64,000 nt of DNA from a virus (taxonomy: Duplodnaviria; Caudoviricetes). The stretch's first letter is position 1. Every line of letters starts with the position of its first letter. The stretch lies in the IMG/VR virus record IMGVR_UViG_3300028887_000078; one strand, given 5' to 3'. The translations under genes were made by a program, and so were the position numbers. The notes under the pieces were generated by a model, which did no database searches, had not been told where the DNA came from, and saw nothing but the letters and a program-made list of their open reading frames with translations. Positions 29,509 through 39,126 of this stretch are shown one piece after another.

Positions 29509-29639
29509 TGTTTTTTGGTTTTAGGTTACGAGAGGCGGTTGTCTGTGTTTTGCTGCGTGCCTCTCAAAAACGCAACTGTGGAAATCCCACATTTGAATAT
29601 AATAAAAAAAATCGAAAATTTGCATTTGTGGAAAAAAAA

Positions 29640-30187
29640 TGGAATTATTCCCTTTAGTCTTGTAAACCAAATTCACAATAAGTTGAATTGGGAAACACAT
29701 AGCAAACGCTTCACCTTTGTGGTGGAAATGGTTTTGCTTTCATTGTGCGTAGATATGATATGGCAGATGGAGATGTTTCGGTTGTCGTATAAATAATGAA
29801 AATATGATTTGAAACTATGGCGCACATTAAAAGAATTGATGAATTACAATTTTCTGCTTCATCAAATGCACTTGATAATCTAATAAAATTGGAAGACGTA
29901 GAACGTAACATTTCAGACTGGGTTTGGTTGACAGAGGAAAGAAAAAGGTCAAAGACATTTGAAAGTAATATGCGTAAACGAATGTTTGATGTTTATTTTG
30001 ATTATGATTCACACGACATAACCTGTGTAGTTTTCTACGATAAGACGAGCAATCCAAATTATAAGAATCCAAAAATATTGAATGTTGACGGCGCTTCTGT
30101 TTCATTGGAAGATGTTATTGAAGAAATCAAGGTGCAGATGGGTTATTAAAACGAAACAATTTTTACAAGATTAAAGGTATAATTCCG
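29640..30187. mobile_element. Inverted-repeat-bounded AT-rich single-gene cassette C
   Basis: IR copies at 29640-29663 and 30165-30187 (opposed); extra copy at 30247-30270. Confidence 0.6.
29817..30149 (+). CDS. Late AT-rich hypothetical protein with MAHIKRIDEL leader
   Basis: TATAAATA at 29788; inside cassette C. Confidence 0.85.
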   Translation: MAHIKRIDELQFSASSNALDNLIKLEDVERNISDWVWLTEERKRSKTFESNMRKRMFDVYFDYDSHDITCVVFYDKTSNPNYKNPKILNVDGASVSLEDVIEEIKVQMGY

Positions 30188-30276
30188 AAAAATTTTAATG
30201 TACAGACAAAAAACGCAGGTGTATTGAACCTGCGTTTTTGTTTTTTACAAGACCAAAGGGGACAATTCCGAAAAAA

Positions 30277-30627
30277 TCAGATTACCTCGACGCTCTTGAT
30301 TTCCGTCCGAATGAGTTTCTCATCGTTTTCCCTGCAATGGATTTTCATTATCAGGAAAACACGTTCCTTTAGCGCTATGAACAATGCGTCGTTGTTGCTG
30401 TCCGTCTTGTAGCGCTCGTACAGTTTTTGGAAGTTCCTGTCGGCGATGAAGTTTATGTTCGCGCATTTGACACTGCGTCCTGCGCTGTTCCTGAAACCGC
30501 ACATATACTCGCACACTACGAGCATAGGTTTGCGTTCGGCGTCATTCGGGTTTCCAAGAGTCCCGCCGTCGATTTCCACCGCATTGCTTATCGCGGATGA
30601 TATGTTCGCGCTTTCGGTTATTCTCAT
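30277..30627 (-). CDS. MRITES-tag family hypothetical protein
   Basis: Starts MRITES at 30627. Confidence 0.85.
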   Translation of the reverse strand: MRITESANISSAISNAVEIDGGTLGNPNDAERKPMLVVCEYMCGFRNSAGRSVKCANINFIADRNFQKLYERYKTDSNNDALFIALKERVFLIMKIHCRENDEKLIRTEIKSVEVI

Positions 30628-31085
30628 AGTCTGATGTTGATTATTTCGTCTATGGTGTGTGTCTTGAAAAATTCCTTGCTTATGATTCTGACAGTCCCTA
30701 TGAACAGGATGCACTTGTTGTTCAACGATTCCGAACCCGATACAGAAAGGTATGCGTCCATTCTCTGCTGTGCGTTGGTGTATGCGTTAATCGAGATATT
30801 CTTGCCCGTTTCATCCGTGCTGTCCTTAAAATTCAAATATGTGTCATAGTATTCAGACGCTTTTGCTATGTGCCTGCTCATAGCGTTCTTGTGTGTATGC
30901 ACGCAATACACAACCTTTTCGCAACCGTCTTTTTTTTCTGCGTTCAACGTGAATGCGACCGTTACCACAACGGTGTCGTAGAAGTCCAAAAAGTTGATTG
31001 CGCCGTCGTCGTCAATGTGGCATACGACACAGCACTCATCCTTCAGGCAACCGTTTATGACATCTTTGTTTTCAGTCAGTCTCAT
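30624..31085 (-). CDS. MRITES-tag family hypothetical protein
   Basis: Starts MRLTEN. Confidence 0.9.
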   Translation of the reverse strand: MRLTENKDVINGCLKDECCVVCHIDDDGAINFLDFYDTVVVTVAFTLNAEKKDGCEKVVYCVHTHKNAMSRHIAKASEYYDTYLNFKDSTDETGKNISINAYTNAQQRMDAYLSVSGSESLNNKCILFIGTVRIISKEFFKTHTIDEIINIRL

Positions 31086-31258
31086 AATTCATAGAAAAGT
31101 CTGTATGCCTCCCCGTTTCCGAGTGGGACGATTGCGATGATATTCGGTTCCACACCGCCTCTCCGAAGTTCGTTCACAAATTCGCACAATGCGTCAGACG
31201 AACCGAAGTATTTTGTTTTCAGTTCCTTCTTTTCATTTTCGTAAATGCTGTTATCCAT
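31082..31258 (-). CDS. Small hypothetical protein (58 aa, below ORF-track cutoff)
   Basis: MDNSIYENEKK...; early-type promoter at about 31267-31280; ATGA overlap with next gene. Confidence 0.7.
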   Translation of the reverse strand: MDNSIYENEKKELKTKYFGSSDALCEFVNELRRGGVEPNIIAIVPLGNGEAYRLFYEL

Positions 31259-31320
31259 AGTCTTTTATTTGAATATAATGCTTTTTTCGATATATCGGCG
31301 ATATATCCGCGCAATTTCCG

Positions 31321-31731
31321 TCAATCGGCGACATCCTCGAACGTCAACTCATCGACAATGACTGCCGACACGTTTCTCTTGAACACCCTGTCCCATATAT
31401 ACTCCTCAAGTGCGTACCGCATAGCGAACACAATGGCGTCGTCGCCGCATCTTTCAGGGACGATGGTCTTCGTGCTGTATTTGAGAACACCGCTTATGTA
31501 TCGGACATATATGTGTGACAATTCTCTCGACATCTTGTTTGGCGTTGCCGCGCAATATATGATTGCATCCCAATTTTCAATCAGTGTCGTTTGTGTTTCT
31601 TTGTCATTCAGCACAACCTTGAATTTCACATAGAGTTGTTTGCCGAAGTCTCCTGTGTCGATGTACATCGTGGTTATCCTTCCTCCGTCTATGCTTTTTT
31701 TCACATTGTTTTCGCTGTCGCTTATCCTCAT
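31321..31731 (-). CDS. MRITES-tag family hypothetical protein
   Basis: Starts MRISDS. Confidence 0.9.
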   Translation of the reverse strand: MRISDSENNVKKSIDGGRITTMYIDTGDFGKQLYVKFKVVLNDKETQTTLIENWDAIIYCAATPNKMSRELSHIYVRYISGVLKYSTKTIVPERCGDDAIVFAMRYALEEYIWDRVFKRNVSAVIVDELTFEDVAD

Positions 31732-31771
31732 AACTGCATTTTTATTTTGAAATGTTTTGGGAAAGAAGGGA

Positions 31772-32179
31772 TTATGTTTTCATAAGTATGTCGATGTCCT
31801 TCGGTGCGACCACGCGGTAACCGTTCGCCACGATTCCGTCATAGGGGGTGTTGCATTGGAGGTATTCGGAAAGGATTTCCAAGAGTCTGCGTTTTACCGA
31901 GTCCTGATTCTGTTTCAAGACGTTGAAATACTGCTTGTGCAACTCCAACACTATCTTGAGTGACTCGCTCATACGTTCGTCCGCAAGATACCACAAGCGC
32001 AGGTCGAATGTCTTTCCACGCCACTCGCAACGCGTCTCGATGCACCAAAGGTCTTCGCAGGGCACGTTTTTTTCCGCAACTTCCAACGTACGCAACCAAG
32101 TGTCCAAATTGTCGTATGTGTTGCGGGTGCCGTCAAGAAGCGCCTCTTTCAAATGTTCAGGGGATTCGGTTATTCGCAT
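31772..32179 (-). CDS. MRITES-tag family hypothetical protein
   Basis: Starts MRITESPEH; related to 33081..33557. Confidence 0.9.
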   Translation of the reverse strand: MRITESPEHLKEALLDGTRNTYDNLDTWLRTLEVAEKNVPCEDLWCIETRCEWRGKTFDLRLWYLADERMSESLKIVLELHKQYFNVLKQNQDSVKRRLLEILSEYLQCNTPYDGIVANGYRVVAPKDIDILMKT

Positions 32180-32577
32180 TGTATCGTCATTTTTCTTATC
32201 TGTTCAGGTGAGGGGATGCGCAATGTGTACCACTTCGGTTCAATTCCACTGAAACCGCACTCATCGAAATACCGCTTCAGTTCTGACAGAACGTCGGTGA
32301 ATGTTACATCGCTTTTGAATGTGTGTGACTTCAACGCCGTTTTCAGGACTTTGTTGAGGGACACACTCTCCTTTCCGTTGATGTACCAAAGGCGAACCAT
32401 CCTTTCCTCCCCTTTAATATACCAACCTATATAAAGATACCTCAACCCCTCCGCGTACCTGTTTTCGCGCTTCGCTGTAACCGCGACCCTGTACGCGGGA
32501 TATGTGTCGAACACGTCCTCGACTCGGACGTTCTCCGCAATTACCTTTGCCTCTCCGTTTGATTTGCTTATCCTCAT
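32170..32577 (-). CDS. MRITES-tag family hypothetical protein
   Basis: Starts MRISKS. Confidence 0.9.
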   Translation of the reverse strand: MRISKSNGEAKVIAENVRVEDVFDTYPAYRVAVTAKRENRYAEGLRYLYIGWYIKGEERMVRLWYINGKESVSLNKVLKTALKSHTFKSDVTFTDVLSELKRYFDECGFSGIEPKWYTLRIPSPEQIRKMTIQCE

Positions 32578-32585
32578 ATCGGTTT

Positions 32586-33071
32586 CTATGAAAAGTATTC
32601 CCCGTTGAATATGAAAAGTTCATAAATGTCCGTCCACATATCGGACGCCTTGAGGTTGTCGGGGTCGGATTCCGTCCACGAGTTGCGGTTGGCATAGTCT
32701 ATGAAACCCGCGTAATTCGGGTTTCCGTAAGTGTTGTTGTATGATATTTTTGATATGGCGCCCCAACTTTCCACAATGGCGTGCGGACTGTTTTTGAACT
32801 CAAGGAAATCCTCCATCCCAGCCAAAACGAACGCGGCGTACAATTCATTGCTCATACAATCGTTGAAATACACCGGCACGATGGGGTATATTGGATTGTT
32901 GGAATCTTCGTATGTCTCCTCGCGTTTTTTCAGATTTATGCACATCTTGTATCTGTAAACGACACCATTGCCACAGTCGAGTATCCTCCTGTATTGTCCG
33001 CTCTTGTTCGTCCTGCACACGGGTCTGCACACAGCGTTCCGCATTATGTTCCCATTGTCGCTTATCCTCAT
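32586..33071 (-). CDS. MRITES-tag family hypothetical protein
   Basis: Starts MRISDN. Confidence 0.9.
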   Translation of the reverse strand: MRISDNGNIMRNAVCRPVCRTNKSGQYRRILDCGNGVVYRYKMCINLKKREETYEDSNNPIYPIVPVYFNDCMSNELYAAFVLAGMEDFLEFKNSPHAIVESWGAISKISYNNTYGNPNYAGFIDYANRNSWTESDPDNLKASDMWTDIYELFIFNGEYFS

Positions 33072-33080
33072 ATCCGATTG

Positions 33081-33557
33081 TCAGTTGCAATAGTTTTCTA
33101 TGAATTGCGAGAATTTGGTCTTGTCCCCCATAATTTTTACGATTTCCCGTTTGGTCGCCTTATTGATGTCGTAACCCCTGACGCGCACGCCGTCCAACAC
33201 GGAATTGGCGTTTATGTATTCGGACAGGGCGTTGTAGAGTTTCTTCTGTCCATCCGCGATTTCCGCCTCCGTTGTGTAAATCGTCTTCACCTTTGTGAGA
33301 TAATCGACCTGCGCCGCCGCAAAGTCGAGCATATACTTGCTTACCGATATGCCAGGCAGATACAATATCATAATGCAGACCTCTTTGTCCCTGTAAAGGC
33401 AGTCCGCGAGAATGTACAGCATTTTGCCGGGTTTCTCGCTTCCGTCGCACACGTCGTTCGCATAGCATATCGCGTCCGTGTTGTCGAACAGGTGGTAGGT
33501 GCTCTCAATGCCAACAACCTCGTCTTTGATGTGTTCGGGTGATTCGCTTATCCTCAT
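33081..33557 (-). CDS. MRITES-tag family hypothetical protein
   Basis: Starts MRISESPEH at 33557. Confidence 0.9.
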   Translation of the reverse strand: MRISESPEHIKDEVVGIESTYHLFDNTDAICYANDVCDGSEKPGKMLYILADCLYRDKEVCIMILYLPGISVSKYMLDFAAAQVDYLTKVKTIYTTEAEIADGQKKLYNALSEYINANSVLDGVRVRGYDINKATKREIVKIMGDKTKFSQFIENYCN

Positions 33558-33559
33558 AT

Positions 33560-33949
33560 CTATTCGGTTTTCGTTTTCACGCTGTTTATGCACTCATAGT
33601 CCGCTCTGAATGTTCTGTACCAAAGCACGCTTGCGTTCCTGAAGCGTCTTGTGTGGTGCCGCAGATAGAACTCAAGTTCGTTCACAATCCTTTCCCTGTC
33701 GAAGTCGTATGAATTTCTGATGATTCCGTTCAATGCCATTGTCAACTGACTGTCGTGCCACCACAGGCGGACGCGTTCATTCCTCCCGTTGTTTTTGTTG
33801 AGCACCTCCATCTCAAAAAAATTCAGTCTCGACACCCTGCCGTTGTTTTGGTACGCCCTCAACTGCAAATATGCGAACAGGGTGTCGAACACGTCGTAGA
33901 CGGTTTCGGCGAATTGCTGTTTCAGATGTCCTGCTTCGGTAATTCTCAT
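33560..33949 (-). CDS. MRITES-tag family hypothetical protein
   Basis: Starts MRITEA. Confidence 0.9.
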   Translation of the reverse strand: MRITEAGHLKQQFAETVYDVFDTLFAYLQLRAYQNNGRVSRLNFFEMEVLNKNNGRNERVRLWWHDSQLTMALNGIIRNSYDFDRERIVNELEFYLRHHTRRFRNASVLWYRTFRADYECINSVKTKTE

Positions 33950-34428
33950 TTTATTCCCTTTGGTTGAATATAATGGAAATACTTTTCATCCACTTTCACA
34001 TCCGCATATTTGTTCAGTCCGTGAGACGCGTGCAAGGTCTTGAGCGTCGCCGAGTCCACTATAATATAGGGTGCGAGGACATATTCCCCCATTCTAACGA
34101 ACCTGTATATGTTTGTATCATCCACTTCAGGATAATGTCTCCCTATGTATGACAGCACGATTCGTTGCAGTTCGGTGTCATTTGTCCAATCGTTTCCCTT
34201 CGTTTCTTTTCCGAATGCCTGTTTGATGATTTCACGCAATTCCCCTGTGCAGTTGGCGTCGTCGTATATGATGTTGAACAGGTGCCTGTCGTTCCTGCAA
34301 CTCTCCACCTCGACGGCAATCATACTGTAAGCACGTCGCGACGCTACGCTTTCGGTGTCGTATATCGTGTACTCACCATTGTCCTCAAGTTTTTCTATGT
34401 CAGTGATGTGCGTTTCAGAGATTTTCAT
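33946..34428 (-). CDS. MRITES-tag family hypothetical protein
   Basis: Starts MKISET. Confidence 0.9.
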   Translation of the reverse strand: MKISETHITDIEKLEDNGEYTIYDTESVASRRAYSMIAVEVESCRNDRHLFNIIYDDANCTGELREIIKQAFGKETKGNDWTNDTELQRIVLSYIGRHYPEVDDTNIYRFVRMGEYVLAPYIIVDSATLKTLHASHGLNKYADVKVDEKYFHYIQPKGIK

Positions 34429-34855
34429 TTTTCATCAAGTATTTGTATTCAACACGTTCCAATTTATAACCGTAGTCCAAGACCGTTTTTTCGACACAAC
34501 CGTCTTTGACAACTTCATTCAGCGCTGAACCCAAAACGAAGTCGTGCCGTTTCTCAAGGTATTCCTTCACCGCGTATTCCATTTCTGTGTCTGTGCCGCC
34601 CTTCGCGGTCATAGCACCCAATCCGCTCTTCACGGTCATAGAAACCAATTTGTGAAGTTCGTCGCTGCATTTATAATAGTCCGAATTGAACATAATCGCA
34701 TATCTGATTGGTTTGAGGTTCCTGCATTCCGAACGGAAGGTCACATACATACACACGTCATACTCATCGTCCAACGGGTTCCCGTGGTCGTAGAATGTGC
34801 GGTCTGCGTGATTGTCAATGCCGTACCTTATGTTGTCGGTTTCGCTTATTCTCAT
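34415..34855 (-). CDS. MRITES-tag family hypothetical protein
   Basis: Starts MRISET at 34855. Confidence 0.9.
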   Translation of the reverse strand: MRISETDNIRYGIDNHADRTFYDHGNPLDDEYDVCMYVTFRSECRNLKPIRYAIMFNSDYYKCSDELHKLVSMTVKSGLGAMTAKGGTDTEMEYAVKEYLEKRHDFVLGSALNEVVKDGCVEKTVLDYGYKLERVEYKYLMKNENL

Positions 34856-35199
34856 TTGTGAACTATGTATATGTCTCCGATTTCGTATCTGCATTCTTCC
34901 AATTTGAAGCAGTACATATTGAAAAAGTAGTCCCTTACGGAAGAGATTGTTTTAACCCGCATACGGTCTTCAAACGAACCTGATTCTATGGACTCGACAA
35001 TGTCGTGCAATTCGCCTGTCATATAGTATGTCACATACTTGACATTGAACAATATGGTTTCATTGTTCAGCGTGTCGAACACATTGACAACCATAACGGC
35101 GTCCGATTCGCTTTGGGACAGCATTGTGTCGTTCAGGTTGGCGCTTACGGTTCCTCCCATAACGGTTTCCGATAATGGCGTGGTTTCACTTATTCTCAT
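34852..35199 (-). CDS. MRITES-tag family hypothetical protein
   Basis: Starts MRISET. Confidence 0.9.
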   Translation of the reverse strand: MRISETTPLSETVMGGTVSANLNDTMLSQSESDAVMVVNVFDTLNNETILFNVKYVTYYMTGELHDIVESIESGSFEDRMRVKTISSVRDYFFNMYCFKLEECRYEIGDIYIVHK

Positions 35200-35203
35200 A
35201 ATA

Positions 35204-35617
35204 CTAAATCCAAAGTCCTGTTATATGTTTTTTCTCAAAATCATAATAACCCATAGATGTGATATAGTCGGAGATTTTTTGGATGAGTTTTTCTCACACC
35301 GAATTGTAGTTCGTTTCCCCTGACTTCAGTTTGTTTATATCGGATATTATACTTGCAATCTTCTTGCTTTGGTCGAATTGGTCGTACCAAATTTGGTATT
35401 CCCGCTCATATACGTTGTCCTTCTCCAACCTGCTCACCTCACCGCAGGGCATAGCGGACGTCACAACCCTTATGTTCTTGAGATGCCCTGTCCCCACATA
35501 GATTCCGTCCTTTCGTTTCAAAATCTCCTTTTCAATCCATTCCCTGTCGCATACAATGAACTCGTTTCCGCTGTCCAACACGTTCTCCTTTATGTTTGTG
35601 CTTTCTGTAAGTCTCAT
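35204..35617 (-). pseudogene. MRITES-tag gene with internal in-frame TGA at 35294-35296
   Basis: Frame continues EKLIQKISDYITSMGYYDFEKKHITGLWI to a TAG 4 nt before the next ATG. Confidence 0.65.
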
Positions 35618-35622
35618 CGGTT

Positions 35623-36141
35623 TTATTGGTTTAACAGTTTTTTTATTTCATTTTTGAGGCATTCCTCGATGTCTTCCTCCACTTTCTTGACAACAAGGTG
35701 CCGTATGAATGCGTGTACATACTTTTTTGTGTCCACTATGCGGCACCGACCGCCGACGCATTCCCATTCATATATGTCGAAACCATTGTCGCCATCCGCA
35801 AAATAGTTGCTCAACATACGGAGGTATTCGTTGGCAATGTGTGAGAAATAACGGTACTTGTACCGTGCAGGAACGTTGTTGGTGTTTTTCTTTGCCTTTT
35901 TGTAAGCCTCGCCAAGTGTGTGTGAGTCAAATGCGCATTTGTCAAGTCCTGAACCATTGTGTTCGATTTTCAATGCAAGCGTCCGTGTTATTCGTGCGTC
36001 ACACTTACTTCTTATGCACAGGATGAGGTATTCGTTATCGCAGTCGGATTGCGTCTCACCTATGTCAATCGGGTACGGTCTTATGTCAAACCCGTTGAAT
36101 ATGTTGTCGTTCTTTATAATTCCTGTGTCTGTCAGTCTCAT
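35623..36141 (-). CDS. MRITES-tag family hypothetical protein
   Basis: Starts MRLTDT. Confidence 0.9.
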   Translation of the reverse strand: MRLTDTGIIKNDNIFNGFDIRPYPIDIGETQSDCDNEYLILCIRSKCDARITRTLALKIEHNGSGLDKCAFDSHTLGEAYKKAKKNTNNVPARYKYRYFSHIANEYLRMLSNYFADGDNGFDIYEWECVGGRCRIVDTKKYVHAFIRHLVVKKVEEDIEECLKNEIKKLLNQ

Positions 36142-36145
36142 AATC

Positions 36146-36532
36146 TCATTGTTTTACAACATAGACATAGACGCTGTATTTCAAAAATTCCTCGCTGTAT
36201 TTGGACGACAATGGGTGTGCGCGGATGTATTCATAGATATAGCTGCTCGGACAGGGGTTCTCTTTGTTTCTTATGTTCGTTATGAGCGCGGACATAGGTT
36301 TGCTCATAACATCGCCGTAGTTTATGCACACCATTATTATATGCAGTTTGCTCAAGTTGTTGTGTGCGAACCCCTCCTTTGCTTTTATAAACCTGTGCGC
36401 ATAGATTTTCAACTTGCGGTCGGTTTCACACATTTCGCCTTCAAGCAGATAGTTGTCGTCAAGTTCTATGCTGTCTATGTCGTCTATGCACTTTTCGTTT
36501 TCAACGATGCCTTTTCTTTCAGTCAGTTTCAT
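36146..36532 (-). CDS. MRITES-tag family hypothetical protein
   Basis: Starts MKLTER. Confidence 0.85.
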   Translation of the reverse strand: MKLTERKGIVENEKCIDDIDSIELDDNYLLEGEMCETDRKLKIYAHRFIKAKEGFAHNNLSKLHIIMVCINYGDVMSKPMSALITNIRNKENPCPSSYIYEYIRAHPLSSKYSEEFLKYSVYVYVVKQ

Positions 36533-36536
36533 AACG

Positions 36537-37058
36537 CTATTTTTTTATAGACCATTGTGTCGCACTCACCGCCTTGTAGTACACAATGTTCTTCACTCTT
36601 GCCATTGCATACGGATGGTTGTGAAAATACTCTGTCAGAAGTTTGTCCCTCTTTTCGCGTTCCTCCATTTCCATATATCGGCACCTTTTGTAATAATCGT
36701 CGTAATTGGCAATGGACTCCGAACCGAATATGGCGCCTTTGAAATTTTTGTACGCCACGACTTTTGTATGGTGGTCGAGTATCTCCTTCATCATCGGCGA
36801 TTGGTATGCCTTGTCGGATGTGTATATTATTTCACATCGGATGTAGTCTTTGTCGTCTTTGTCGAACCCATAGACAAGGTCTGTAAAACTGTCTTTGCTG
36901 TTTGGGTACTCCTTTCCGAAAACAACTACGAATTTGTGCGAGAACTTGTCCGACGCACTTTCGCAGTCCGCGTCTGTGCGAATGTCGTACAATACGAGTT
37001 CGCCGTCGTTCTTTTCGTCGGCGATTTCCGACAGGTTTTGTGTTTCTGTTATTCTCAT
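36537..37058 (-). CDS. MRITES-tag family hypothetical protein
   Basis: Starts MRITET at 37058. Confidence 0.9.
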   Translation of the reverse strand: MRITETQNLSEIADEKNDGELVLYDIRTDADCESASDKFSHKFVVVFGKEYPNSKDSFTDLVYGFDKDDKDYIRCEIIYTSDKAYQSPMMKEILDHHTKVVAYKNFKGAIFGSESIANYDDYYKRCRYMEMEEREKRDKLLTEYFHNHPYAMARVKNIVYYKAVSATQWSIKK

Positions 37059-37088
37059 ATTTGAATATAACAAAAAAATCGACTGATT

Positions 37089-37583
37089 TTATCCGAAATA
37101 TATATAATCTCCGTTCCACTCAACCGCATCGACAAAATAGTCTTCTATGCTGTCGAACGACAAAAGCATATTCGGGTGCAGACTTATGTAGTTCTTCAGT
37201 TCGCAGAAGAACCTTCTTTTGCATACAAACGGGTCGTCATTCCCTTTATGCTTTCGGTGGCGCCAATAGGGTGCCGAATACGGGTTGGGTTCGCTTTCAA
37301 TCCAAAGCAATGAGTTCGACGATTTGTATTTTCTCCATTTTTTCAAAACCCTTTGTATGGACTGCGATTGGCAGGAATGGTGTGTGTTGTACACGATTTT
37401 CGCAAATATGGTCTTGCGCCTGTCGCCTTCAAACTTGACGAGTTCGACTGTCATATCGTCGCATTCGTCGCTCGCGTAAAGCGTGCGGGACGGCATATAC
37501 TCCCTGTCGTTGAGGGTGATTTCACCCTCGTCCAGCCGTTTCGATATTCCATCTTTCACGGTGTCGGTTTCGCTTATTCTCAT
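37089..37583 (-). CDS. MRITES-tag family hypothetical protein
   Basis: Starts MRISET; early-type promoter at about 37599-37614. Confidence 0.9.
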   Translation of the reverse strand: MRISETDTVKDGISKRLDEGEITLNDREYMPSRTLYASDECDDMTVELVKFEGDRRKTIFAKIVYNTHHSCQSQSIQRVLKKWRKYKSSNSLLWIESEPNPYSAPYWRHRKHKGNDDPFVCKRRFFCELKNYISLHPNMLLSFDSIEDYFVDAVEWNGDYIYFG

Positions 37584-37682
37584 AATTCCGATTCGTTTTT
37601 ATTGAATATAATGGAAACGCATAAAAAAGAAACACCGATATATCCGCGATATATCGGTGGTTTATATTGGTGTTCACGGATT

Positions 37683-38288
37683 TCAGTTTTTCCTGAACCG
37701 TTTCCGATAGCACTTGTGGCACATAGGGACATATTCCCCGTCGCCAATCATAATCTGCTCCCCGTCCGTTATCACTGTGTCCGTGGTCGCGTCATATCGT
37801 GCGTTCACAATCGCTTTGCTTCCGCACATAGGGCAACTCAATTTGATTTCGTCTATGCTGTCCGCTATTTCCATAAGTCTTTTGGAACCCTCAAACAAGT
37901 TTGTCCTGAAATCCGTTCGCAGTCCGTAGCACATTACATTTATGTCAAGGTTGTCCGCGACCGCGCGGAGTTCGTCAATCTGTTTTTCGGTGAAGAATTG
38001 GCATTCGTCCGCAAGAACCCACTTCGGTATGGTTTTGCCGCAGTTTGTCGTGACATACATACCCAAATGCTCCATAACTGCATCGAAGACATTGTCGTCC
38101 TTGCCGACGGTGACACATTCCGCAGACAAACCCTTTATCCTTGACTCTATGCGGTTGCTTCTCGTGTCCGCCGCAGGTTTTATCAGCATAACGGGAAACC
38201 CCGCCTGTGTGAGTGAAAAATGCTGTGTTAGCAAAGTTGCCGATTTAGCGCTTGACATAACGCCGTATCTGAAATAAAGTTTGCCCAT
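37683..38288 (-). CDS. tdk: Thymidine kinase
   Basis: LYFRYGVMSSAKS, DECQF, YGLRTDF, FEGSKRL and Zn-binding CxxC motifs. Confidence 0.95.
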   Translation of the reverse strand: MGKLYFRYGVMSSAKSATLLTQHFSLTQAGFPVMLIKPAADTRSNRIESRIKGLSAECVTVGKDDNVFDAVMEHLGMYVTTNCGKTIPKWVLADECQFFTEKQIDELRAVADNLDINVMCYGLRTDFRTNLFEGSKRLMEIADSIDEIKLSCPMCGSKAIVNARYDATTDTVITDGEQIMIGDGEYVPMCHKCYRKRFRKN

Positions 38289-38289
38289 A

Positions 38290-38715
38290 CTATTCTCCTG
38301 TTCCGCTGTTGGTTAAAATGTCGTTTCCGTTGATTTGCGCAGTAACGGTATCCTCGCCTGTGATTTCAAATCTCACCTCGTGGTTGTCAACGTTGATATT
38401 GATTCCATCCTGTGCGTCGTTCAGGATTTCAAGACGACCTGCCATAAGTTGTTGGATTTTTTGGATATGCTCCGATGTCAGGGTGTATTCACCTATTGTG
38501 ACACCCTGTGTGGTGACAACGACGTCCCCGACTCGAAGTTCATTTCCCTTCAATGCGGTCGTCGTGCTTCCGATTTCGTCCGCCGACACCAACTGACCGA
38601 TGGTGTTGATTGCCTGCGCGAGAACCCTGAAATTGTTGTTGATTGTCACACGGGAGTTGTTCATACTGTCCGTGCCGAGAATTTCGGTTACTGTTATGTT
38701 GATATTGTTTGCCAT
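38290..38715 (-). CDS. Late virion structural protein (fibre-like N-terminus)
   Basis: ILGTDSMNNSRVTINNNF resembles the N-terminus of 50742..53879; late promoter at 38737-38744. Confidence 0.65.
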   Translation of the reverse strand: MANNINITVTEILGTDSMNNSRVTINNNFRVLAQAINTIGQLVSADEIGSTTTALKGNELRVGDVVVTTQGVTIGEYTLTSEHIQKIQQLMAGRLEILNDAQDGININVDNHEVRFEITGEDTVTAQINGNDILTNSGTGE

Positions 38716-38754
38716 ATTGTGAAAATTGGTTTGCTATATTTATACGCATACCGT

Positions 38755-39108
38755 TCAGGAAAATTCGATAGTATAGTATTGCGACACGAACCTTTCCGTG
38801 TTCGCGATGTTGTTGTGTATGTACCTGTCGAAAAGTCTAAACAAGTCGAAGTCGTTCGCACCCAACGGGTCTTTTTGCAGTTTGTCTATTTCATCGTTTA
38901 TCTCCCTTATGTATATGGACGGGGAGTCGTACACATAAATCTGCACGTTCGCGCTCGAACTCCCTATGGCGTGCTCGCGCATATATACGGTGAACTTGTA
39001 GAGCGGTACGGATTCTTTCCATCTTCCGTCGTGTATGTCGAACCCGTCGGTTACGATTCCGCCGCCTGTACAGTTTTTCAATGTATTGTTTTCCGTTATC
39101 CTGCCCAT
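38755..39108 (-). CDS. MRITES-tag family hypothetical protein
   Basis: Starts MGRITEN. Confidence 0.85.
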   Translation of the reverse strand: MGRITENNTLKNCTGGGIVTDGFDIHDGRWKESVPLYKFTVYMREHAIGSSSANVQIYVYDSPSIYIREINDEIDKLQKDPLGANDFDLFRLFDRYIHNNIANTERFVSQYYTIEFS

Positions 39109-39126
39109 AACACAATCTGTTTTTGT

